Shown in pieces: positions 1 through 11,091 of a stretch of DNA of 64,000 nucleotides; the first letter of the stretch is position 1; the number at the start of each line of letters is the position of its first letter. Source of the stretch: an uncultured virus (IMG/VR IMGVR_UViG_3300008255_000103) (Duplodnaviria > Heunggongvirae > Uroviricota > Caudoviricetes); the IMG/VR virus record IMGVR_UViG_3300008255_000103, positions 62,001-126,000 of that record; one strand, written 5' to 3'. Under the pieces are notes generated by a model. The model was given only the letters and a program-made list of their open reading frames with translations, had not been told where the DNA came from and did no database searches. A program made the position numbers and the translations under genes.

Positions 1-2
1 AT

Positions 3-3000
3 CATTGGTAAGTTTCTTGTAGATAAATTCATTGTGTTATTCTGTGTTGATGGTAAAATAAACTCAGAGTTCTGCAATGATGAATCTGCCAATGTATCTA
101 ATAAGTATAATAAATTATTTTGTATTGTTGTGTTTATAACATCATACGTTGATAATGCTGATAATACTTCACTACTATTTGCACTAACAGTTGATACTCT
201 TTCTAATTTGATTAGCTTTGCTAATCTTACATTAGATGGTACAGATGTAGAAGAACTAATATCTAAAGCTTTACGTAAAGCTTCTGACAAATTTAATTGT
301 AATCCATTAGCGGTTGCAGTAAAGATAATATCAGTAGCCTTTGTGATAGATGTTCCACTTACAGACATAACTCCAGTGCTAACTACTTGATCAATAGTTG
401 TACAATTCAATCTGGTTTGTGCCCTACGTAAGTTGTTAAAATTATAGAACATAACAAAAACACCATCATTATTATTAGCGCTAATACTGCTAGGTAACAA
501 CAATCTATTATTAGAAATTTGTATTGTTCCTGAATAATTCCATATTTCTTTTCCGTCTAAAACTCTAATAATTGAGATTTGATCGTATGTTATATGATCT
601 AATTCATTAGATATCGTTATTTTATTATTTGTTGAGTTATACGATAAGATATCATATAATCCGTTATTATTTGGATCTGTTGCACCAGAAATTATTAGCT
701 TCTTAGATGTTAAATCTGCTTGTGAAGCAAAACTTATGGTAGAACTACTTACAATACCTGTACCAGTTCCTACAGTTAAATATCCATCAGTTACTGAAAA
801 TAGCTCTATATCTGTATTAGGTTCTATTATAGTGAATGTTAAACCAGATGCTTGAGCCACAAATTTATTTATAGATACCATAAATCTACTGGTAAGAGGC
901 TCAATAGATAATGTATCTACTCTATTTTTAATTATTATATTACTAAAACTATATGGCTGATATCTTCTTAAATCTGTAGCATAATATACAACTAAACATT
1001 TATCATTAAGCGCGGGAATGTTGTATCCAGTAAAAATAAGCTGATAATTACCCGGTGTACTTGTTGCAATAGTTCCTGGATTTTCAGAGTTCCATAACTC
1101 TAGATTATCTGATAACCTAATAACAGAAATTATTTGACCAGTAGATAATGAAAATTCTGTACTGTTAATAGCTAATTCTACATAAAATTGACTGCTTAGG
1201 TTTTGCTGTACTGTAGCATTTTCTCTTCTAGATATATTTGTAATACTAAAGTTATTAAATCCCGTATTATTTGATAATGTAAACCCATTTCCAGTTCTAC
1301 TACATGGTAATGATGTTGTGGCTGAAGAAAACAGATCAGTTACTGCAGCTACATATGTTACTTTTAATAAAATAGATGTGGCTAATGTATCAATTAATGA
1401 TGCAGGTATAGTTATCTGTGTTCCGCTAATACTTCCATTAGTTGTGTCAGAATAAAATACATCGATGCTATTCATATAAACAGTTACAATGTCTCCAACT
1501 TCTACTACACAATCAGTTGGTAAGATAATAGTAATATTATATAGAACTTGAATTCCAACGACAGTTGTTTCATTAATAATAGTTCCATTCCCCTCAGAAG
1601 TATTATATAGTTCTATATTGCTATTTTTAATAGTTATAGAATCTATAGTCTCTGCTGATACTGAATGATTTCTTACTATTACCGCTAGTCTATTAACATA
1701 TACGCCTGATGTAATAGTTTCTACATACGTATCTGCACTAACAAATGTTTTTGCGGATACAATTGAGCTTATACTGTGTGTAGATGTTCCTACAAAAAAG
1801 TTATTACTAACATTTTTCTCAAACCAAATATTTTCATCTGTAATCATTGAGGAATATCCCCAATCAACGCTGTCAGTAACTGATCGAGGATTAGATGTAT
1901 ATTCTAAGCCATCATAGTCAGAATATTGATCATAAGTTATTATCCAATTATAATCAACCTGTAATACATCGCTTGGAGATGGTAATGTATTTCCTGATAT
2001 TTTTATTCTACCAGTTGTATTATATGTTCCTGTAGCATCTAGATTTTGATTTGTGATAATATACCTTTCACCAGTATTAACATTAAATACTCTAGTAACA
2101 TTTGTTGCAGGATAATGTAATAATTGTATTACTGACCTATCATAAGTAATTGTACTATTCTCATTATTTATTGAAATAAACTGTTGAGCTTTAGGTATAC
2201 TTGAAACATCTGGAAAAGATACATTATCTTGACCATTAAATTGAGATTTTACCCTATCTTCTTGATATAAAGATACACGATCTGAAATCCAATGAAAAGT
2301 ATCAAATCCCCAAGGACCACCACTATAAGCCCCAGTATCTTTAAGGAGTTCATAATTACCAGAAATACGACCATAGGAATCTACTGTTTTCTCTTTAAAA
2401 TTTGAACCACTAATTGAGCCTGTAACTTGTAGCAAATTTTCTACTGGCTGTTTTGGTAAAACTCCATTTGCAATATTATCAAGTCTTTTTCTATTAATAG
2501 TTTTATTTTTATCTCCCGTAATCTGTCCTAATACAATATTATTTTTAGAACTAGACTGGTCATTATTGTTGCTTTTATCAACATAAATAATACTATCTGT
2601 GTTTTCAACTAAAGTAGATCCTAAGACGACAACATCAACTTTTCCACCAGAACCTTCTGACACTACTGTTCTAGAGCCGTCTGCATTAACAGTTACGGTT
2701 GTTCCGTCACGAGTCATTAATGAATCACCGGGCTCAATAACTACAGCATCAGATACTCCTGTTGTGCTTAGCGCTGTATTTAAATATCCTAATGCAGTTC
2801 CAACACTAGATCCGCTAAACGCCGCCAATACTCTGTTTCTAAAAGAAACATCATCTTCTTGGTCTGCGCCGCCGTTAAATGCACTAATATTTGTAACATT
2901 ACTAACACCAGGAATAGATGTTCTATTCAAATAATAACTACCTATATTACCAATTGAACCCGCAGAAGATGCAGCAACAGTAACTTCAACAGCATATTCA

Positions 3001-3452
3001 TCAGAAATTCCTAAAAGATCTAATTGTGTTCTATATTTTGTAGCTACAGATCTATAGTAATTAGAAGCTAAAGGAGTAACAGATAAGCCATTTGATACTG
3101 AGAAAGAAAATCCATTAGATGCGATTATGACATCACCAGAATTAATGTTAACGGGTGCATTTAAGCTAGAAAATGTTAGTAAAGCGATTCCGGATGATGA
3201 TGTTGATCTTTTTCTTACAATTCCAAAATTTTTAGCTAATTGGTTAAGTTCATTACCAATAACTAACCTAAAAGATTGTTTATTAGAAATCCCAGATAAT
3301 TCATCATATAATAAAGATAGCTGCGTTGCCGGTGCTTCTACAAATAAATCTCTAGCAACAGAACCAGGTGTAATATCTAAATCTGGTTGAGCAATTCTAT
3401 AAAAATCGATTAAACTTAATATAATCTCATTAACGCTACGGATCGTTACCAT
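3..3452 (-). CDS. Baseplate J / wedge (gp6-like) protein, large, 3'-truncated by the window edge (missing from the ORF track)
   Basis: Manual translation from ATG at 3452: MVTIRSVNEIILSLIDFYRIAQPDLDITPGSVARDLFVEAPA...LNQLAKNFGIVRK...AGSIGNIG...NGGADQEDDVSFRNRVLAAFSG...GVSDAVVI...GGKVDVVVLG, typical of Baseplate_J. GAGGA Shine-Dalgarno just upstream; follows the gp25-like gene. Confidence 0.88.
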   Translation of the reverse strand, partial: MVTIRSVNEIILSLIDFYRIAQPDLDITPGSVARDLFVEAPATQLSLLYDELSGISNKQSFRLVIGNELNQLAKNFGIVRKRSTSSSGIALLTFSSLNAPVNINSGDVIIASNGFSFSVSNGLSVTPLASNYYRSVATKYRTQLDLLGISDEYAVEVTVAASSAGSIGNIGSYYLNRTSIPGVSNVTNISAFNGGADQEDDVSFRNRVLAAFSGSSVGTALGYLNTALSTTGVSDAVVIEPGDSLMTRDGTTVTVNADGSRTVVSEGSGGKVDVVVLGSTLVENTDSIIYVDKSNNNDQSSSKNNIVLGQITGDKNKTINRKRLDNIANGVLPKQPVENLLQVTGSISGSNFKEKTVDSYGRISGNYELLKDTGAYSGGPWGFDTFHWISDRVSLYQEDRVKSQFNGQDNVSFPDVSSIPKAQQFISINNENSTITYDRSVIQLLHYPATNVTRVFNVNTGERYIITNQNLDATGTYNTTGRIKISGNTLPSPSDVLQVDYNWIITYDQYSDYDGLEYTSNPRSVTDSVDWGYSSMITDENIWFEKNVSNNFFVGTSTHSISSIVSAKTFVSADTYVETITSGVYVNRLAVIVRNHSVSAETIDSITIKNSNIELYNTSEGNGTIINETTVVGIQVLYNITIILPTDCVVEVGDIVTVYMNSIDVFYSDTTNGSISGTQITIPASLIDTLATSILLKVTYVAAVTDLFSSATTSLPCSRTGNGFTLSNNTGFNNFSITNISRRENATVQQNLSSQFYVELAINSTEFSLSTGQIISVIRLSDNLELWNSENPGTIATSTPGNYQLIFTGYNIPALNDKCLVVYYATDLRRYQPYSFSNIIIKNRVDTLSIEPLTSRFMVSINKFVAQASGLTFTIIEPNTDIELFSVTDGYLTVGTGTGIVSSSTISFASQADLTSKKLIISGATDPNNNGLYDILSYNSTNNKITISNELDHITYDQISIIRVLDGKEIWNYSGTIQISNNRLLLPSSISANNNDGVFVMFYNFNNLRRAQTRLNCTTIDQVVSTGVMSVSGTSITKATDIIFTATANGLQLNLSEALRKALDISSSTSVPSNVRLAKLIKLERVSTVSANSSEVLSALSTYDVINTTIQNNLLYLLDTLADSSLQNSEFILPSTQNNTMNLSTRNLPM

Positions 3453-3454
3453 AA

Positions 3455-4222
3455 TTATCCTCTATTCAAGTGCCTATTTCTATATGTACCATCTATCCAA
3501 TTTTGTTTTGAAGATAGCGGTCTTAAATTACTTAAACTCCAACAACTTTTAAACTTTTCATCTTCCATAGTCGTATATTGAAATTCACTATGAGGAATTA
3601 TATGATCAATTTGCCAAGTCCAGGTTGTCTGATCATTATCGTTCCATGTTAATGCATTATATTTGCCCCAATTATTCCAAGTCATCCAGTTCTCAAATTG
3701 TACCTCTAAATGTAGCTTCAATTCATCTATAGAATAAGGTAATTTAGCGAGAATAGATAAACCATTCTTGCATTTACCATTCTTTTTAATCATAGAATAT
3801 ACCATATTTGAAACTCGTCTTCTTAGTTTAAAAATCGGATTAGATCTTTCTCGATTTTTTTGATATCCTAATTTTCTTTTATTTATTATATCTTTATTTT
3901 TTCTATAAAACTCTTTCTTTTTTTCAGATATTTTTTCATTATTATCGAAATAATATTCTTTATACTTTTTGAGGATTTGTTCTTTGTTGATATTATAGTA
4001 CTCTTTCTTTTTAGACTTTATTATACTATCATTATCTATTCTATACTTATTTACTTTAGATCTTATTGCAGCGGCATGCTGTTCATAATATATTTTTTTA
4101 GACTCTTTCTGACACATTTTACACATAGAACGATAATATATAGTTCCAATTTTAGTTTTTCTAATATTAAACTCAGACAAACATTTATCTAAACCGCATT
4201 TTTTACATATTTTAGTATTCAT
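3455..4222 (-). CDS. HNH homing endonuclease (CxxC N-terminus, Lys/Tyr-rich repeats, C-terminal IDHIIP...NLRPL...N)
   Basis: CKKC and CKMC pairs; WQIDHIIPHS...CWSLSNLRPLSSKQN. Confidence 0.85.
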   Translation of the reverse strand: MNTKICKKCGLDKCLSEFNIRKTKIGTIYYRSMCKMCQKESKKIYYEQHAAAIRSKVNKYRIDNDSIIKSKKKEYYNINKEQILKKYKEYYFDNNEKISEKKKEFYRKNKDIINKRKLGYQKNRERSNPIFKLRRRVSNMVYSMIKKNGKCKNGLSILAKLPYSIDELKLHLEVQFENWMTWNNWGKYNALTWNDNDQTTWTWQIDHIIPHSEFQYTTMEDEKFKSCWSLSNLRPLSSKQNWIDGTYRNRHLNRG

Positions 4223-4650
4223 ATTGTTGATACCCTGAAATTAGTAGTAATAGGTTTAGACCCTTTTGTTAAAGCTTTAATTCTTACATCAAACAATCTT
4301 GGATCTATTTGATTTCTAACTATAGATATATCCAAAATAGCACCAAGTTGTTCATCAGCACTTACTCTTTGAAAAGATTTTACTTGTAAATCTTGTATTG
4401 TCTTTAAATTATTTAATGCTTTATTTAATTGAGCTTTAGACATTTGGACTAATACTGAATTTTGATTTGGATTACCAACAATAGTTCTGGATAGAAATGA
4501 TCCATACCACGGATGCTGAGGATTTGACCCAGCAGTGGTTAAACACATTTTTAGGATACCTTGAATTAATTTTTCAGAATCAATTACAGTTTGTAATTTA
4601 CCCTGATTAATAACTAAATCTCCCTTATTTACCTTTAGATCAAAAGACAT
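4219..4650 (-). CDS. Baseplate wedge protein, gp25/gpW-like
   Basis: 143 aa; FDLKV..GDLVI..G.L..V...KL.Q...K..LT..GSNP.HPWYGS pattern; position just upstream of baseplate J. Confidence 0.75.
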   Translation of the reverse strand: MSFDLKVNKGDLVINQGKLQTVIDSEKLIQGILKMCLTTAGSNPQHPWYGSFLSRTIVGNPNQNSVLVQMSKAQLNKALNNLKTIQDLQVKSFQRVSADEQLGAILDISIVRNQIDPRLFDVRIKALTKGSKPITTNFRVSTI

Positions 4651-4672
4651 TCGACGTTCTCCTACCTTTCCT

Positions 4673-4687
4673 AATGCGGAAATATTA
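4673..4687 (-). promoter_or_regulatory. Recurrent upstream motif (AATATT-N3-RYAT class), putative phage late promoter
   Basis: TAATATTTCCGCATT about 23 nt upstream of ATG 4650; related copies precede several other structural genes. Confidence 0.45.
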
Positions 4688-4713
4688 GATAAATCTACCA
4701 GTTAGAAGCGGAG

Positions 4714-6396
4714 TTATATCGAACTATTATTTTGACGTTTATCTAAATAGAGTTTATCCATCAGGTTAAAAAAGTCTTTTACTGTATTCGTTAAAGTTCC
4801 CATACATTGAGATAAATTATCTGTTCTTACAGCATCAGGCTTATTTAACAGGGTTTTCATTCTTTCAAAAGCATCTTTATCTAAAAATCCTAACAAATCT
4901 TCTATTGGCATGATATACAAAGATGCAATAATTGCTAAAATATCACATAAACCAAGACCGCTAAATTCTCCCATTATCATTTCAATAATTTGTAGAGCAT
5001 CACAAGCTTTTTTCATAGTATTATTGCGTGCGAATGTTAATGATTTAACAGTATCATCATTAATATCTCCACAAGAAGCGTTCACTTCAGGATTAAATAT
5101 CATTGCATTACTTGGAAATATGGGTTTTCTCGTAATTGATTCATATCCTACGCTTGCAGCTGTTTGACCTATAAATTTTTCTATAGAAGCTCTAATAAGA
5201 TCTGCATCATAACTTGTAATAAATTTTGGATTATTAGCTAATTCTTTAGTTATAATAATAGGTCTAACAGAAGACCCTCCTTCTGGACCAGTCGTTGATG
5301 GTATTGGTATCCAATAATAGAACTTTTGAGCCTCTTCTATAGTATTTTGAGCTTGCACTAATTTATTAATCATAGCTCGCATAATATTTAAATATTGAAT
5401 AAATCTTTGTTGCTCAGTTAATTTATAATCTTTAGTTATTCTTTCAATAAGACTTTCATCAGCAATAGACGGTACATTTTCTATATAATCTTTTATATTT
5501 TGTAATTCACCAGTAATATTAGATGTATCATCAGTGACACGATTATAAATTATCGTTTCTAACATTGGTATTTCAACTGTAACAGTTTCCGATGCAATTA
5601 GATTTTTAGTATCTAAAACAAATGGGACTGCCAACATTTTATCTATATTTACACTTTCAGAATATCTTGGATCAACTAAAAATGGATATAAAATATGAGT
5701 TCTATCAAAAGCAGTCTTAGGTAATGTTGGCGTAACCCCATCATCTCCAATATATTCTGTTAAACTTGGTTTATTATTACCAACATGCCCATTTTTATCT
5801 ATTGTATATGTTTGTTTTAATGAATCTAAATCAGCAGAAAAAACTTCTGGAGTTGTTACTTTATCTAATGGATCTATAAAATCTCTTTTATTCATACTCG
5901 ATAAAGCTAGAACTGAAGCATTTATAGATGTATTAATATTGAAAATATTAGCAAAGGTTTGATATGTCGATTCTCTAGTATCAAATAACTTAATTAATGA
6001 TGAAGTATATAATACCGTTGATGCAATTTTGATTTTATCTATTTTTTTGATTTTTTTTGTTTCATCAAAAATAGAATCATAACCAGGATTATAGAAATCT
6101 GTACCATCATATACTGGAAACCCAATCATTCTATAAAATGCGTGACATCTACTCTCTTGATATGTATTTTCTGCTTTTAATGAATTTCGTAATGAATTAT
6201 CTTTTATAGCCTTTACTATATTTGTAGGGGTTATACCATTAATACTCTTTTTACTCCTATAATTATCAATTCCATTTTGTTTAACTTTACTCGGTTTATT
6301 AGGGTTAACAAAACTATAGAACGCATCTTTAACATTAAAATCGAATCTTTGACGATTTTTATAGTTATTTTGATTTGTTTTATTTGAATCAACCAT
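4714..6396 (-). CDS. Hypothetical virion/baseplate-region protein
   Basis: 560-aa ORF coupled to the upstream gene (1-nt overlap) within the baseplate cluster; no recognisable motif. Confidence 0.6.
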   Translation of the reverse strand: MVDSNKTNQNNYKNRQRFDFNVKDAFYSFVNPNKPSKVKQNGIDNYRSKKSINGITPTNIVKAIKDNSLRNSLKAENTYQESRCHAFYRMIGFPVYDGTDFYNPGYDSIFDETKKIKKIDKIKIASTVLYTSSLIKLFDTRESTYQTFANIFNINTSINASVLALSSMNKRDFIDPLDKVTTPEVFSADLDSLKQTYTIDKNGHVGNNKPSLTEYIGDDGVTPTLPKTAFDRTHILYPFLVDPRYSESVNIDKMLAVPFVLDTKNLIASETVTVEIPMLETIIYNRVTDDTSNITGELQNIKDYIENVPSIADESLIERITKDYKLTEQQRFIQYLNIMRAMINKLVQAQNTIEEAQKFYYWIPIPSTTGPEGGSSVRPIIITKELANNPKFITSYDADLIRASIEKFIGQTAASVGYESITRKPIFPSNAMIFNPEVNASCGDINDDTVKSLTFARNNTMKKACDALQIIEMIMGEFSGLGLCDILAIIASLYIMPIEDLLGFLDKDAFERMKTLLNKPDAVRTDNLSQCMGTLTNTVKDFFNLMDKLYLDKRQNNSSI

Positions 6397-8612
6397 TAGC
6401 TACCATCCCTACCATTACCGCCATCTCTCGATGCATCCCCCTCATCTCTTCTTGGTTGACCAGTTTCATCACCAACAGAAACAGATCCAAGTCCAGCTGA
6501 AGCATAGATAAATTGATAATCTAGCTCTTGTAATGTATGCGTTGGTGGTAAGTTAATATCACTCGGAATATCATTGGTACAGAAGATATTATCGTCAAAA
6601 GAAATCATTAACTTACCTTTACCAGGTGTTTTGCTTGTAATGTCAGCAGTAAATACTTGATAGCCATCATAATTAAAACTAGTAATCTTACCAAAAGTAG
6701 AATGTGGTTTTATCTTTAAAGCAATATCAGATGCAACTTCTGGCGTTAATCCAGAAGTTATTGGATATCCATTTCTTTCATTAAGATTTACTGTAACCTT
6801 AATTGGCTTTGTTGTAAACTGTTTTTGTGGTTCCAAAGTAAAATTACTTTGGCAAGGATCAAACCCTAATCCAACCATAGTTCCAAGAGTTTTGTTTGTA
6901 TCATCTTTTAATTTTTGAAGACATGTTAAACTCGTTGCTTGGAATTCTGCAACACCAAGAACTGTAAAGTTACTTCTTAATGCAGATACCGCCGTTAATA
7001 AACATTCTTGAGCTTTATTTGGATTAGGAAATCCATTTTCTTCTTTCAATGCATCATTTAATATCGCTAATTTAAGCCCAGCATCACCAGCAATAACATT
7101 AGATATAAATTCTCTATCTACTGCTAATTCAGGCAAACAACCAAGGGTTACTAAATCCTTAGCAATTAATACAGATCTATTTGGTTTAAATGTATATTCA
7201 ACATTAGAGTATAGATAACCGTCTGTTGGCTGTGGGTTAGGAGAAATTAATGTAAGCTCTTGAGGCATATGTAAGAAATTACCTAGTGTAGCTTGAATTG
7301 TTCCAGGTGTTATTCCATCAGGAAGATATACTTTCAAAATGGTATTACCATCATCTTCATATCCCTCACCTCTAACTAATTTCATTACACCATTTGTAAT
7401 TGTAGAACTATCATTTTTATAATCTAATAGATTTCTAGTTGGAGCCATAACAACAATACAGTCTTTAAATCTAATGTAACGAGCAGCTCCTGCGCTCTCT
7501 CCATAACGTCCCCAATTTGCAGGTTCATAAAATAATCTTAAGTCTACTGTATAGGCAGCTTGTTTAGGAGATGTTGTATCATTATATGATGAGTCTGTTG
7601 GGAAAAACACTGGTTTAGGAGTATTAATAACCTTACCATCAGAGTTTACTGTTGGAATATCATAACCATCTACTATATTAATAAACGCCTGAGCAATAGA
7701 TTGATCTGGATCATATATTTGCCAGCTTTCTGTTCTATAATCAACGGTAAAGAATGGGTTTGGACCAGGTAATGCCAAAGATGTTTGTATACTTAATTGA
7801 TTATAATATTGTAATTTACCAGTAATTCTAGTATAATCATTCTTAACAATGACTGGACATACATCTGGAGTACAACAACCATCTTCATCTGTTGAATCAG
7901 TATCATCACAAGGAGGAATTGCAAAAACAAGACTTAGCATATCTCTAAAAATATCGATTATAATATTAAATATAGCTAATAGAACAAACAGGTTTTGGAA
8001 GATACAAAGTAATGCTCCAAGTTTTTTAGCAATCGCCAATATAGAATTCTCATCCACTCTAGTAGCAGCTTTATATAAAGCTTTAAGATTTCTCAAAATC
8101 ATCTTAATAAGCTTTATAATCTGTTGAATAATATACTCAATCAAAGCTAAAAGCAATAACAATAACGATATGATCATAATAATTAAAGCAAATAACGGAA
8201 ATAGATTTAGGAAATCTGGAAGACAATTTCTAAATAATCTTTTTAATGCTCTAGTCAATTTAAAAGGATTCTTAATTGCACATAACACTTCAATAATACA
8301 TAAAAGTAATTTCAATATTGGTAAGAAAAACTTATACATCATTAAATAAGGCATAAATTGATCTAGCAATTTCATTATGGCATCAAAGATATCTTTACCA
8401 AAATTTGGATTCAATGATGGTTTAAGAGCACCTGGTGGAATAAGCATTTGAAGCTTATTTAATAAATCCAACAAATCTTCTGGAAATCCTTCAGGAAAAG
8501 GATTAATATTGGGAAGTTTTAAAGAAAAGGGTGTCCCAAAACCAGGAATGGACGGACCGCTAGGACCATCTGGGATATCAAAAGATACATCGTTTGGAGA
8601 ACAAGGACTCAT
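6396..8612 (-). CDS. Baseplate-region protein with N-terminal hydrophobic helices
   Basis: 738 aa; long hydrophobic stretches (LFPLFALIIMIISLLLLLLALIEYII); Cys cluster PPCDD...GCCTPDVCP; three DGY motifs. Confidence 0.6.
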   Translation of the reverse strand: MSPCSPNDVSFDIPDGPSGPSIPGFGTPFSLKLPNINPFPEGFPEDLLDLLNKLQMLIPPGALKPSLNPNFGKDIFDAIMKLLDQFMPYLMMYKFFLPILKLLLCIIEVLCAIKNPFKLTRALKRLFRNCLPDFLNLFPLFALIIMIISLLLLLLALIEYIIQQIIKLIKMILRNLKALYKAATRVDENSILAIAKKLGALLCIFQNLFVLLAIFNIIIDIFRDMLSLVFAIPPCDDTDSTDEDGCCTPDVCPVIVKNDYTRITGKLQYYNQLSIQTSLALPGPNPFFTVDYRTESWQIYDPDQSIAQAFINIVDGYDIPTVNSDGKVINTPKPVFFPTDSSYNDTTSPKQAAYTVDLRLFYEPANWGRYGESAGAARYIRFKDCIVVMAPTRNLLDYKNDSSTITNGVMKLVRGEGYEDDGNTILKVYLPDGITPGTIQATLGNFLHMPQELTLISPNPQPTDGYLYSNVEYTFKPNRSVLIAKDLVTLGCLPELAVDREFISNVIAGDAGLKLAILNDALKEENGFPNPNKAQECLLTAVSALRSNFTVLGVAEFQATSLTCLQKLKDDTNKTLGTMVGLGFDPCQSNFTLEPQKQFTTKPIKVTVNLNERNGYPITSGLTPEVASDIALKIKPHSTFGKITSFNYDGYQVFTADITSKTPGKGKLMISFDDNIFCTNDIPSDINLPPTHTLQELDYQFIYASAGLGSVSVGDETGQPRRDEGDASRDGGNGRDGS

Positions 8613-8633
8613 ATTAACCTATTATATATCAGA

Positions 8634-8993
8634 TCATTCAGTTTCGCCAGGAAGCTTAGGTTCTAAGGGACCTTTTACCACCTCACCAACTTCTAAAGTA
8701 TTTTCAATTTCATCAATTGTTTTAGTCATCCATGATGCTACAGCTGTATCAACCTTTAAAGCATCAACACTATCTAAACCATAGAAACCTATCAATTTTG
8801 TAGCTATTTTCCATAAATCTCTATGGATATCTTCTTGAAGACTGGAATAAGTTTGTCCCTCTTGTTTATTATTTGACATTGAGCCAATAGCTTCAGTAAT
8901 AGCATCTGCTAATTTAACCATTCCTTGATCTCTTGCTTCTTCGGCTTGAAGAAGCAATTTGTTATAAATAATTGGATCTAATTTGCTCATCAT
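8634..8993 (-). CDS. Hypothetical protein
   Basis: 119-aa ORF with AGGAG Shine-Dalgarno. Confidence 0.6.
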   Translation of the reverse strand: MMSKLDPIIYNKLLLQAEEARDQGMVKLADAITEAIGSMSNNKQEGQTYSSLQEDIHRDLWKIATKLIGFYGLDSVDALKVDTAVASWMTKTIDEIENTLEVGEVVKGPLEPKLPGETE

Positions 8994-8999
8994 GTCTCC

Positions 9000-11090
9000 T
9001 TATATTGATCCGCCAGTTTCCTTTTGAACGAGTCTATTTTGAAGAAACAAACTCTCTGCTTCAATTGAAATATCAGCATCACTTGATAATCTCATGCCTT
9101 GTGATGCATGCATTCTAATAAATGCTGGTGTTAAAATTTGTACACCAGTTTTATCTATTCTAATCATTGTGGCTTGTAATCCATCATGCAACACTCTAAT
9201 ATCTATTACTGCGCCTCTGTAACTATTTGTAGGTGAATTTGGACCATTAAATCTACTGTCTGAAGATACTCCAATACCACCAATTTGAACATAAACATCA
9301 CCATCCATATTCATAGCTAAACTTCTGTTTTTAAGGTCTCTACCTACATTAGCAACTATACCTCCAGCAGTATCAAGCCATAATGATTGCCTATCTATAG
9401 TATTTGCTCCAATATTAAATTCTAAAGAACCATCCAGGTTTATTGAACCACTACGACCACCAGCGTTTGCATCATCTCCACTAATTTTAATAGTATCACT
9501 AACAATATGATTCAAGTCAGGTCCAGTTTCTAAATTATTTTGAAAAGTAATATCGGCAGTATCAATTGTACTTAATGGTAAATCATCATTTTGATATTGA
9601 AGAAAACCTACTTCTGAAAGAGAATAACAAGTATTTAAAATATCATGATATGCTGTTCCATGTTTTACTGGCTTTTCTGTTATACGATCTGTTGGTGTTG
9701 CAATTGCGTCTCCATTCATTATTGTAATAGACCCTCTATTTTTACTATCTAAAGGAATAGGGTCTTTAGAAGACCTCCATGACATAATTGATTGTTGAGC
9801 TGCAAATGAATCTAAAAAGATATCTAAATTATCTTCCCTATATTCTAATGCGTCTGGATTATCAGTGCCAAATGTAGAATAGTTCTCATATCTTGTCAGT
9901 AATGGTATGTTTCCCTTTTCACTTGATGCAGGAACATTAATCTTAAACTGACCTTCTTTATCAATATCTATAAAAAAACGACTTCTATTTCTTGCATAAT
10001 CAGCATTGGAGTTAATATCTAATAAAGCTAATATTCCCGTATTTGCATCATTTATATTTCCAGAAAGATCCTTACGTGCATTTAATTCAAAATGATATGC
10101 GATGCTTTTTCTTTCAAGCTCTCTAATATTTAAAAATGACTGAACCTTATCCGTACTTTGCTTAGTATTTATAGTATTTTGTTCTTTACCAATAGGTAAT
10201 GGAACTCTATTTAAATCTAAGATATTGCCAAAAATATCAACAACAGTTCCCTTTACAGTTTCTATTAAATAGTTTGGAGAAGCAAGAGTTAAACTTAATG
10301 TATCTGAACGAGAGGTTCTACGATTAATAAAATTATGAGATGTTGGAGACGGATCTTTATCACTATATAAAGATGATTCATATAAGTCATCTGCTATATC
10401 TGAATAATATTGAAATTCATAAATCATCTCTCGATGTTCTACAAAAGGAGGATTTTTTGCAGAACCAGATGAAATATTAGGTGATGTAGACGGATCCATT
10501 CCAATCACAAATAATTGAGAATGATAAAGATCATCTTCTAATTTTAATGATTGTGAGACTATATCATTTATTTGCATATCACGTCTAACTAAACCATTAA
10601 TTTGCCTTGTAGCTTGCGTAAAATGATATTCGTCTTGAAAATTAACACTATATAAGCTATTATCAGTATTTAAATGTATTCTGCTTTTATCTGATCCAAT
10701 AACAATATTTTCTTTGTTATCTAACGTTATTTTGGTAACACCATAATTACTTGTGATTAATAATTTACCCCAATCTAAATCAGGAACATATCTATCAACA
10801 TTTTCTGCTAAAAATGATACGAAATACCATTTATTACCACTTCCCTGAGCAATAATTACTGGTGTTTCTGGATCTGGAAATGTACCCATAAACAAACCAT
10901 TATTATAGAACATACTATGAGGGCATTGTACAGGTACAGTAGGATTATTACTCATAGCTGGAGAAATATGTAATTCAACCTCCATATCTCCAGTTTTTTC
11001 ATTATATCCTTTAATAGTTCCTCTTTTTAATAAGCCCACTGACTCATCAAATAAGTTTGTACTATTATCATCTCTATACATTGTTGGCAT
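9000..11090 (-). CDS. Putative baseplate central spike/puncturing protein (gp5/gpV-like)
   Basis: N-terminal OB-fold-like segment (RGTIKGYN...MEVEL...PVIIAQG...YFVSF), beta-repeat-like C-terminus, directly downstream of the hub. Confidence 0.5.
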   Translation of the reverse strand: MPTMYRDDNSTNLFDESVGLLKRGTIKGYNEKTGDMEVELHISPAMSNNPTVPVQCPHSMFYNNGLFMGTFPDPETPVIIAQGSGNKWYFVSFLAENVDRYVPDLDWGKLLITSNYGVTKITLDNKENIVIGSDKSRIHLNTDNSLYSVNFQDEYHFTQATRQINGLVRRDMQINDIVSQSLKLEDDLYHSQLFVIGMDPSTSPNISSGSAKNPPFVEHREMIYEFQYYSDIADDLYESSLYSDKDPSPTSHNFINRRTSRSDTLSLTLASPNYLIETVKGTVVDIFGNILDLNRVPLPIGKEQNTINTKQSTDKVQSFLNIRELERKSIAYHFELNARKDLSGNINDANTGILALLDINSNADYARNRSRFFIDIDKEGQFKINVPASSEKGNIPLLTRYENYSTFGTDNPDALEYREDNLDIFLDSFAAQQSIMSWRSSKDPIPLDSKNRGSITIMNGDAIATPTDRITEKPVKHGTAYHDILNTCYSLSEVGFLQYQNDDLPLSTIDTADITFQNNLETGPDLNHIVSDTIKISGDDANAGGRSGSINLDGSLEFNIGANTIDRQSLWLDTAGGIVANVGRDLKNRSLAMNMDGDVYVQIGGIGVSSDSRFNGPNSPTNSYRGAVIDIRVLHDGLQATMIRIDKTGVQILTPAFIRMHASQGMRLSSDADISIEAESLFLQNRLVQKETGGSI

Positions 11091-11091
11091 A

